Shown here: positions 56,928 to 64,000 of the stretch, in pieces
How the letters are laid out: each line of letters begins with the position of its first letter
Position numbering within the stretch: position 1 is the first letter of the stretch
DNA from: Chloroflexota bacterium
GTDB taxonomy: Bacteria; Chloroflexota; UBA6077; SHYK01
Direction: 5' to 3'
Assembly: GCA_016202435.1 (NCBI GenBank)
Contig: JACQOR010000078.1
Location: 4,325-68,324 of the forward strand
DNA length: 64,000 nucleotides
Made by a program: the position numbers and the translations under genes
The notes under the pieces: generated by a model
The model's database searches: none
What the model saw: only the letters and a program-made list of their open reading frames with translations
Told to the model about the DNA's origin: nothing

Positions 56928-57983
56928 CTAGCTCTCTCCGGCCGGCTTGGGCAGGAGCACGATTCCGTCGGGACCTGAGCCGGCCGGGATTGACGCGATC
57001 AACTCGCCGGTCGCTATGTCGAGGACGGAGACGTCGCCGCTAAAGATGTTGGCGGCGTACAGGGTATCGCCCGCAGGGCTCACCTCAATGCCAACGGGAC
57101 CGTCGCCGGCTGTCAACACTCCCACGACCTGACGTCGTGCCGTATCGATCGCCAGGATCTGTTGGCCGCTGATCTGGGAGACGAAGGCTGTCGAGGAGTC
57201 TGGAGAGAAGGCAATGCGGATGGGCTCACGATGCACCGGAATCCGGTCGGTGACTCGGCTAGTGGCGACGTCCACGACGAAGACATCGTCAGTGCCGCGG
57301 TTCGCCACGTAGACCCATTGGCCATCGGGGCTCACCGCAAGTCCTTCGGCGCCTGTTGACATGCGCACGGTTTCGAGGTGCTCCAGCGAGGCCGTGTCGA
57401 GGATGGTGAGGCTGCCGTCCCCTGGGTTTGTAACGTAAGCGCGGGAGCCATCATGGCCGAGGAGCACCATGTGCGCATCCCGTTCGGCGGGGATCTCTCG
57501 CACGATCCGGCCAGTTTGAGTGTCGATGGCGAGAACCGAAGAGCGGGGACCATTCGTGACCAGGAGGGACTGGCCGTCCTTCGTGGCGGCCAGTCCGTGG
57601 GGTGACGCGCCCCCGGGCCAACGATCCACCACGTGCAGCGTCATGGTGTCGATGACGCTGATGGTGCCGCCTTCCTGGTCAGAGGTGTAGACGCGGGAGC
57701 CGTCCGGCGAGACGGCAATCTCGTGGGGATTGCGCCCGACCGGTATGCGCGCGATGAGTTCGCGAGTCGCGAGGTCGATCACAGCAACGTCGTCGGAGTT
57801 CTGGTTCACGACGTAGGCGATGAGATCGTCTGGTCGGGTGCCTGACGAGGAGCGCCCTTCAGCCGGCGACGCCGGCGGACCGGCAGCGAAACTGTCTGAA
57901 CCAGCGCAGGCGAACAAGAGGGGGGTAGAGAGAATCGCGGAAAGCACCGAAGCTGCCCGGCTCTTGGGCCAGAAGGTGAGCAT
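56928..57983 (-). CDS. YVTN-family beta-propeller repeat lipoprotein
   Basis: ATG 57983 gives a signal with lipobox LLFAC; repeated ..YV.N.....V.V.D..T......I.VG..P.G.A.SPDG blades. Confidence 0.8.
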   Translation of the reverse strand: MLTFWPKSRAASVLSAILSTPLLFACAGSDSFAAGPPASPAEGRSSSGTRPDDLIAYVVNQNSDDVAVIDLATRELIARIPVGRNPHEIAVSPDGSRVYTSDQEGGTISVIDTMTLHVVDRWPGGASPHGLAATKDGQSLLVTNGPRSSVLAIDTQTGRIVREIPAERDAHMVLLGHDGSRAYVTNPGDGSLTILDTASLEHLETVRMSTGAEGLAVSPDGQWVYVANRGTDDVFVVDVATSRVTDRIPVHREPIRIAFSPDSSTAFVSQISGQQILAIDTARRQVVGVLTAGDGPVGIEVSPAGDTLYAANIFSGDVSVLDIATGELIASIPAGSGPDGIVLLPKPAGES

Positions 57984-58064
57984 GGAGGATTCTAGTTTGC
58001 GGCCGGTGCTTACGGCGGCTACAATCGCTTTTTCCCAACTCTCCTTCTGGGCATCGCATTCTTC

Positions 58065-59276
58065 ATGGCGACTGACGGGCCCCATGTACCGCCGCTAATG
58101 CCGCCCCGGCGCGTCTTGATGGCGCCTGGCCCCACAAACTTGCCGCCAGCCGTGCTGCAGGCCCTGATTGCGCCGATTACGGGGCACAAAGACCCGTATT
58201 TTCTCACCATCATGGATGAAACGGCCGCTTTGCTGCGCTACGTGTTCCAAACGACCAATGAGACGACTCTGTCTCTTCCGGGCACGGGTGGTGCAGGCAT
58301 GGAATCGTCCATTGCAAACCTCGTACAGCCCGGTGATACGGCCGTCGTATGTGTCAGCGGGCTGTTCGGCGCGCGTATGGCCGAGATTGCCCGCCGCAGT
58401 GGCGCGGAAATCGTCCAGGTTTCGGCTCCATGGGGAAGGCCGGTCGATCCTGAAGATTTGCGGAGAGCCATGGCCGGCCGCAGGGTGCGCGTAGTCACGA
58501 TCGTTCACGGTGAAACTTCCACCGGTGTCCTGCAACCAATGGAAGAACTCAGTGAGATTGCACGCGACAACGGGGCGTTCCTGGTGGTCGATGCGGTCGC
58601 CACGATCGGGGGACTCCCCGTCACTCCGGACGCCTGGAATAGCGCCATTTGCTACGGAGCCAGTCAGAAATGTCTTTCGGCGCCACCGGGCGTCGCGCCA
58701 GTTACGGTGAGCCCGGAGGCGATTGACTATGTCCGAGGCCGCGGGCGGTATAGCCCCGTGCCCGTCTGGTATCTCGATCTGGCCGAGCACAGTGCCTACT
58801 GGTTTGCTCAAGAGCGCGTGTACCATCACACGGCTCCCGTTCCCTTGATCTACGCCCTGCACGAAGCCTGCCGCCTCATAGCGGAAGAGGGAATCGAGGC
58901 TCGTTGGGCACGGCACGCTCTGCACCAGCAGGCCCTCGTCGCCGGACTCGAGGCGATGGGCATTCAACTTTTTGCTGATCCGTCCTATCGCTTGACCACC
59001 GTGGTATCCGCCTGTGTACCCAAAGGAGTAACAGATGCCCGCGTGCGCGGCGAACTCTTGAGCGAGTACGGCATCGAAATTAGTGGTGGACTGGGCGAAT
59101 ACGCGGGCAGGATTTGGCGCATCGGAGTGATGGGCCACTCAGCGAATCGCAACAACATCACGCTGCTGCTTTCCGCACTCGAAGGCTTGCTCGCACGCCA
59201 GGGGTACGGATCAGTTGGCGGAGCGGGAGTTGCTGCGGCTGACGCCGTCTACGCTTCACTCCTCACCCCGGCCTAG
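58065..59276 (+). CDS. Class-V pyridoxal-phosphate aminotransferase (serine/alanine-glyoxylate type)
   Basis: LMAPGPTN N-terminus, PLP-lysine context GASQKCLSAPPG, 403 aa. Confidence 0.85.
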   Translation: MATDGPHVPPLMPPRRVLMAPGPTNLPPAVLQALIAPITGHKDPYFLTIMDETAALLRYVFQTTNETTLSLPGTGGAGMESSIANLVQPGDTAVVCVSGLFGARMAEIARRSGAEIVQVSAPWGRPVDPEDLRRAMAGRRVRVVTIVHGETSTGVLQPMEELSEIARDNGAFLVVDAVATIGGLPVTPDAWNSAICYGASQKCLSAPPGVAPVTVSPEAIDYVRGRGRYSPVPVWYLDLAEHSAYWFAQERVYHHTAPVPLIYALHEACRLIAEEGIEARWARHALHQQALVAGLEAMGIQLFADPSYRLTTVVSACVPKGVTDARVRGELLSEYGIEISGGLGEYAGRIWRIGVMGHSANRNNITLLLSALEGLLARQGYGSVGGAGVAAADAVYASLLTPA

Positions 59277-59317
59277 GCACTGATCCGAGAGCCCCGTGAG
59301 AGGCCTCGGACAACCCG

Positions 59318-59803
59318 ATGCGAGAGCCGCCCACCGGAGACCAGTTTCGCCTCGTCATGGGAACTTTCGCGACCGGCGTAACAATCATCACTTCGGCTGG
59401 CGGTGACCTTGCTCGGGCTATGACCGCGAATTCAATGACGTCGGTTTCGCTGGATCCGCCGTCAGTTCTCGTATGCGTTAGTCAGGCCCGGTTGTTACAC
59501 GGCGTCATGGCTTCGAGCCGGACGTTTTGCGTAAATGTTCTCCGTGCGGACCAGGAAAGGCTCGCACGGGCGTGCGCCCAGACGGGCAGCCGGGAGACGT
59601 TGCTGGAGGGCGTTCCCTATCGCGTGGGCCGGAACGGTGCCCCTATTATCGAGGGCGTCCTCGCCTACGTGGAGTGCGTGGTCGCGGCCTCGCTGGATTT
59701 CGGAACACATACGATCTTTGTGGGCGAGGCGGTCGGCTTTGGTGCTGAGCAGGGGGAGCCCCTGCTCTTCTACCGCGGGCGGTACACCAGACTGCCTGCT
59801 TGA
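59318..59803 (+). CDS. Flavin reductase family protein (FMN-binding split barrel)
   Basis: FRLVMGTFATGVTIIT...MTANS..SVSLDPP.V.V pattern. Confidence 0.8.
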   Translation: MREPPTGDQFRLVMGTFATGVTIITSAGGDLARAMTANSMTSVSLDPPSVLVCVSQARLLHGVMASSRTFCVNVLRADQERLARACAQTGSRETLLEGVPYRVGRNGAPIIEGVLAYVECVVAASLDFGTHTIFVGEAVGFGAEQGEPLLFYRGRYTRLPA

Positions 59804-59919
59804 GCTGGAACTCCCCCGACAGTCATCCGTGTGTCTTGCCGACGGCTCCGTGGATGAGGCTTCTGAGTGAGGTCACCGTCTGAGAGGTGCCGTCGTTGCG
59901 GTTCCTCAGGATGACACAG

Positions 59920-60714
59920 TCAAGCGTTCTTGAGCGTGCCCCACATGTAACGACTTCCGGCGGGTGACGTACTGCCACCCCGCGGCTCAATGGTGATCCC
60001 GAGGGTCTGTACGCTGGCTAATGGCATCGGGGACTTCACTACCAACATTCCGGCCCCGTCATCTTCGAGATAGAACGTACCTCCGCTCACGCGCTCCTGA
60101 TCGGCCTGGAGCCAAAGCTGGTACACCTTGCCCGGCTCGAGTTGGGGTAGCCCGCTAACGACCAGTACGGCATCTCGATCACCCGGCATGTAGTAGAAGG
60201 ATCCACTCGCGGCGGGTGCCATCTCAGTTCCGACGAGGCTTGTCATGGCGCCGCCCTGTTCGATCGCCTTGCCCAGAATCTCGGCAGCGTGTTGACCAAT
60301 CTCCCAGCTGCGCTCGAGGGCGGTTCGGTTCTGCTGCAATTCCCGTTGGAGGCCAAGGACCTGGGTGGAAAGCCACACGCTCGCGACCAGGGGCACCAGC
60401 GCGACTGCGGCTGCTAGCTGGAGCGGCCGCCAGGTCGGGAAAAAGGCCGGACTTCGGCCAGGGGGTCGTGCGAGCGGCGGCTCCGAACCGGATTCTCCGT
60501 CGAGTGCTTCTTTCAGCAGACGCCGTCGGGTGGGGTGGGGCTGGCGTTCCGGGACCGCCTGCCGCAGCATCTGAGCGGCCCGCCACGACACGGCTATGCG
60601 TGCCCGGCAGTCCTGGCAGTCGCTCACATGCTCCTCGACCGCTTCGGCCTCGTCGCTGGTGAGCGCCCCAAGGACGTAGAGGTCACGAAGCTCCTCGATT
60701 TCCGGGCAGTTCAT
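59920..60714 (-). CDS. Anti-sigma factor (zf-HC2 N-domain, TM, RskA-like C-domain)
   Basis: H-x3-C-x2-C (EEHVSDCQDC); central TM LQLAAAVALVPLVASVWL; C-terminal YQLW....ER.S.G.F pattern; 4-nt overlap with the sigma gene. Confidence 0.8.
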   Translation of the reverse strand: MNCPEIEELRDLYVLGALTSDEAEAVEEHVSDCQDCRARIAVSWRAAQMLRQAVPERQPHPTRRRLLKEALDGESGSEPPLARPPGRSPAFFPTWRPLQLAAAVALVPLVASVWLSTQVLGLQRELQQNRTALERSWEIGQHAAEILGKAIEQGGAMTSLVGTEMAPAASGSFYYMPGDRDAVLVVSGLPQLEPGKVYQLWLQADQERVSGGTFYLEDDGAGMLVVKSPMPLASVQTLGITIEPRGGSTSPAGSRYMWGTLKNA

Positions 60715-61301
60715 ATCGTGGTCTCGAGAATGCCATCGGCCTCGAGGAGAGACCGCAGCTTCCGCATTCCGAGGCGAATCCTGGTTTTCGCGGTGCCAAG
60801 AGGTTCTCCCAGCTCCGCCGAGATTTCGGCGTGGGTCTTACCCTGGAAGAAGGCCATCTCGATGGCCATCCGCTGAGCCGGAGGTATCTGGCCTAGAGCT
60901 CGCCTTATGGCCGTCGCTGTTTCCTTATCGCCAGCTGCGTCGGCCATATCGACGGCATCTTCGGTACCCACAAACGCTTCTGCCCAGAACTCAGGCAACT
61001 GCTGCTCGGCCCGTGTCTTGCGGCGGCGTAAAAAGTCGATGGCCCGGTGGTGGGCGACGCTGAGCAGCCAGGCTGCCAGGGAGCCACGCGCGGCATCATA
61101 GGATTCAGGCTGTCGCCACAGCCTTAGGAAAACGTCTTGCAGCACATCCTCCGACGCTGCGCTATCAGCGAGGATCCGATAGCTCAGCGAGTAGATGGAT
61201 CGCGAGTAGCGGCTGTAGAGCTCGTCGAGAGCGCCAGCCTCGCGACCCTGGATTTGGGCCACGAGAGCTTGGTCGCTCAGGGACGCGAGATCCATCTGCA
61301 T
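60711..61301 (-). CDS. ECF-type RNA polymerase sigma factor
   Basis: Region 2 DVLQDVFLRLW, region 4 HTH GKTHAEISAELGEPLGTAKTRIRLGMRKLR. Confidence 0.9.
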   Translation of the reverse strand: MQMDLASLSDQALVAQIQGREAGALDELYSRYSRSIYSLSYRILADSAASEDVLQDVFLRLWRQPESYDAARGSLAAWLLSVAHHRAIDFLRRRKTRAEQQLPEFWAEAFVGTEDAVDMADAAGDKETATAIRRALGQIPPAQRMAIEMAFFQGKTHAEISAELGEPLGTAKTRIRLGMRKLRSLLEADGILETTI

Positions 61302-61349
61302 CTCATACGCACCAACCGGGTTTCGTGGATTCTCTGGCGGTTGGCGAGC

Positions 61350-62813
61350 CTACAGGTCGCGGCCGCCCGAAACCGAAGGCAGGGGGCGAGGCACGGCCGG
61401 AGGAGTGAGCTGACCGAGGCTAGTGGCAAGCACAAAGCTGAGACCGACCAGGAAATAGACAGCGAAGAGGAGGCTTCCCCAGATGTGAAGGGCGGCGGCG
61501 TAGGTCACTGTCGCCAAACTGAACACCGCGCACAGCATCTCCACCAGGATAGCCGCATCGGGTCCGATCACGTATCGCTTGCCGTCCCAGGAATCGGACG
61601 TGTTGGCGATGCCGAACTTTGGGGTCCGCTCGAAGGTCAATTGCTTCGCCAGCAGCACCCGGAGCACCGCTCCGGCGACGATGAGCATGATGCCAGCGCC
61701 CAGGACGCTGGCGAGCATGATGTAGGGCAAGCGTTTGACCAGCTTGCCGGTCGCTCGCCATTGCGAATAGAGGAGGTAGACGCCCGGAGCCAGTGCTGGG
61801 AGGCTCGTCAACAGCCACAGGACCGGGTTTGGCGCGGTAACCCCGGTCCGCTGCGCGTAGTACATGAGTACCGGCTGCAGGAAGAACAGGACGAGTAGGC
61901 ACACGTGGCTCATGTAGCCGAGAAGGTGCAGGGCAGCTTCGAATTTCACTAGTCCGGGAAGCGGGGCACAGAATACTCGCGGCAAGAGCTTCAGCGCGCA
62001 AGCGAAGCTTCCGGCGGCCCAGCGGCGCTGCTGGCGCCGATACGCGGTTACAGCTACGGGCAGCTCTGCGTAAGCAATCAGATCTGGAAGGTAGACGGCC
62101 TCCCAACCCCGGAGCTGAGCCCGATAACTGAGGTCCAGGTCCTCAGCGAGAGTGTCGTGCTCCCATCCGCCGGCATCCTCGATAGCCTTTCGGCGCCAGA
62201 CGCCAGCTGTCCCATTGAAGTTCATGAAGAATCCGCCCCGGTTGCGGGCAACCTGGTCCACCAGGAAATGGGCGTCGATGATCACCGCTTGGAGCTCGGT
62301 AAACAGGGAGTATGACTGGTTGAGATGTCCCCATCGCGCCTGCACAAAACCAACTTTTTCGTTTGCGAAGTAAGGCACGGTCTCTCGGAGGAAGTTGCGC
62401 GGCGGGATGAAGTCAGCGTCGAAGATGGCGATGAAATCGCCTTTTGCTTCGGCTAGTCCTTTTTCCAGAGCTCCCGCCTTGAAGCCGATGCGATCTTCAC
62501 GGCGAATATGGGTGATGTCGATGCCTTGGCCGGCGTATTTCTTGACGAGCCGTCCTGAAATGAACCGGGTCTCATCGGTGGAGTCGTCCAGCACCTGGAT
62601 CTCCAGGCGATCTTTGGGCCAATCGATGTCGCAGGCGGCCTGCACGAGGCGGTCGACCACGTAAAGCTCGTTGAAAATGGGGAGCTGGACGGTGACTCTC
62701 GGGTGGTCTGTCACCGGGGCCGGAACGGGGTGCTTCCGGGGCTTGGCGGCAGCCAGATAGGTCAAGTAGAGCAGGTTGAGGCCGATACACAGGAAGATCG
62801 CGCACCCAACCAC
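61350..62813 (-). CDS. Processive family-2 glycosyltransferase (cellulose/chitin-synthase-like topology)
   Basis: VQLPIFNE, QVLDDSTDET, FDADF, Q-x2-RW (RRQQRRWAAG), C-terminal multi-TM region. Confidence 0.85.
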   Translation of the reverse strand: MVGCAIFLCIGLNLLYLTYLAAAKPRKHPVPAPVTDHPRVTVQLPIFNELYVVDRLVQAACDIDWPKDRLEIQVLDDSTDETRFISGRLVKKYAGQGIDITHIRREDRIGFKAGALEKGLAEAKGDFIAIFDADFIPPRNFLRETVPYFANEKVGFVQARWGHLNQSYSLFTELQAVIIDAHFLVDQVARNRGGFFMNFNGTAGVWRRKAIEDAGGWEHDTLAEDLDLSYRAQLRGWEAVYLPDLIAYAELPVAVTAYRRQQRRWAAGSFACALKLLPRVFCAPLPGLVKFEAALHLLGYMSHVCLLVLFFLQPVLMYYAQRTGVTAPNPVLWLLTSLPALAPGVYLLYSQWRATGKLVKRLPYIMLASVLGAGIMLIVAGAVLRVLLAKQLTFERTPKFGIANTSDSWDGKRYVIGPDAAILVEMLCAVFSLATVTYAAALHIWGSLLFAVYFLVGLSFVLATSLGQLTPPAVPRPLPSVSGGRDL

Positions 62814-63442
62814 GTAGGCGGCCGTAATCGGGAGCCAGAAGGCGTCCAGAATCAGCGTTCCCCTTGGGTTATCAGAGCGATGCTCGCCCTTCGTCGGGCG
62901 CTAAACGTGGAGCCGCGCGGAGCGGGCAGCGGCGCACCCTCGCGTGTCACGGTGCGGGTCCGAGAGTATATCGTGGTTGCAGACCTCTGTCACGCGGCGA
63001 CCCAGTCGACATAGACGCTCAGGGGCGGCGAGTCCTATCATGAAAAGAGTCCCCATCTGCGCTGTGTGATCAGGACGGAGGCGCTGACCTGAAACCTCCT
63101 CAGCAAAGGTACAGTGACCTCGAGGCATTATTCCTCATGCGCCTGTTCCGCCTGGTCCGAATGCGGGCGAGGCTCGAGCGGAGCGGTTCCAGGGGTGACG
63201 TCAGGCGCCGATTTGTCGAGCTTGCTATCACCTCCACACTTCAGGACTGCGAAGGGCTCGGTCTGAGAGGTGAGGCCCACGCGCTGCTCGAATCAGACGA
63301 GCGGACCGTCGACTCCTAGGAAGCTGCTGAGAAGCCTATCCATCTTGAGGCACCTCGACGAGATCGAGGCAGGCTATGAGGCTCACCGCGAACAGATAGC
63401 TAGGGCGTGCCAGCGTTGTTCGGTGGTCACCTTCCGCGCCGG

Positions 63443-64000
63443 ATGAATCCGGCCGGAGTTAGTTCCAGCCCGGTGGCAGCCCTTGGCGCGTGCCTCGAAG
63501 CTCTGAAGAGCGCGCCGAGGGCTCTGATCGTCGACCTCGACGGCACGATCAGCCCGATTGCGCCCGATCCCGAGTCTGCCTTCGTGCTGCCTGGCTGTCG
63601 TGACGCCCTAGATGTGCTGTCCGAGCACTTCGACCTCGTGGGCGTGCTCACGGGGCGCCGACCGCTGGAGGCCCGAGATCTGGTTGGACTGGACTCGGTT
63701 GAGTACTGGGGCGTCCATGGCATGGTCCATTTGAGCGACGGCGTGGAGCGGATCGCGGCGGAGGCGCTCCCCTTCGTGGCAATCCTCGACAGCATTCGGG
63801 CCGTCGTCGAAGCGCATGACCTGTGGGAGGGAATGTGGGTAGAAGCGAAGGGGCCGTCGCTGGGGGTCCACTACCGGAAGACCGCGAAACTGAACGACGC
63901 TCGGGCGTGGCTATTGACGACATTGAGGCCGCTCGCTGTTGAGCATCACTTGGAGGTTCTCGAGGGCCGCATGGTAGTGGAGCTCCGCCCTCCGGGTTTG
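63443..64000 (+). CDS. HAD-family trehalose-phosphate-phosphatase-like protein (3'-partial)
   Basis: Not in the ORF track because it runs off the window; ATG 63443; LIVDLDGTISPI (HAD motif I), GVLTGR (motif II-like); frame open to nt 64000. Confidence 0.6.
   Translation, partial: MNPAGVSSSPVAALGACLEALKSAPRALIVDLDGTISPIAPDPESAFVLPGCRDALDVLSEHFDLVGVLTGRRPLEARDLVGLDSVEYWGVHGMVHLSDGVERIAAEALPFVAILDSIRAVVEAHDLWEGMWVEAKGPSLGVHYRKTAKLNDARAWLLTTLRPLAVEHHLEVLEGRMVVELRPPGL

Overview
High-GC bacterial chromosome segment; the protein sequences and the Alternative Complex III cluster suggest a Chloroflexota/Thermomicrobia-like organism, but that is inference only. No rRNA, tRNA or CRISPR array was recognised.

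nt 1-24758 (+ strand): one uninterrupted translation/transcription supercluster. It holds the 3' part of rpoC, the str operon (rpsL-rpsG-fusA-tuf), the S10, spc and alpha operons (rpsJ through rplQ, including secY, adk, rpmJ and rpoA), then truA and rplM-rpsI. map and infA are absent from their usual adk-rpmJ position. S5 and L30 carry long C-terminal tails, and the L30 tail contains a near-perfect 72-bp tandem repeat.

nt ~24.8-32.5 kb: a decayed mobile-DNA island.
- An IS3-type integrase stub.
- A more AT-rich three-gene cassette of unknown function: an excisionase-type HTH protein, a 234-aa orphan, and a TM protein with a possible beta-grasp domain.
- An IS21-like element with intact multi-repeat termini. 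Its istA has one frameshift and one nonsense codon. Its istB is split by ~1.9 kb of cargo (a SAM methyltransferase and a RibD_C/DHFR-like gene).
- A frameshifted Zn-ribbon ORF downstream of istB.

Downstream housekeeping and respiration:
- A UbiA-family DPPR-synthase-like gene, tlyA, nadK and recN, accompanied by an unexplained intergenic repeat family.
- A minus-strand ACIII operon with a split ActB, adjacent ActC/ActF-like genes and two small coupled membrane ORFs, plus a lipoprotein cytochrome c.
- A GlcD-like FAD oxidase and a UPF0182 membrane protein.

Last third of the window:
- An ORF-poor ~1 kb stretch.
- A NarL-type two-component system, a cupredoxin and a dead IS110 element, all bracketed by a YVTN propeller gene and an ~87% identical stub of its 3' end.
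- A class-V aminotransferase, a flavin reductase, an ECF sigma/anti-sigma pair, a processive GT2 and a 3'-partial trehalose-phosphatase-like gene.

No clearly novel complete system could be proven from sequence alone. The best candidates for follow-up are the orphan cassette, the IS21 cargo chimeras, the repeat family around tlyA/recN and the atypical ACIII operon.
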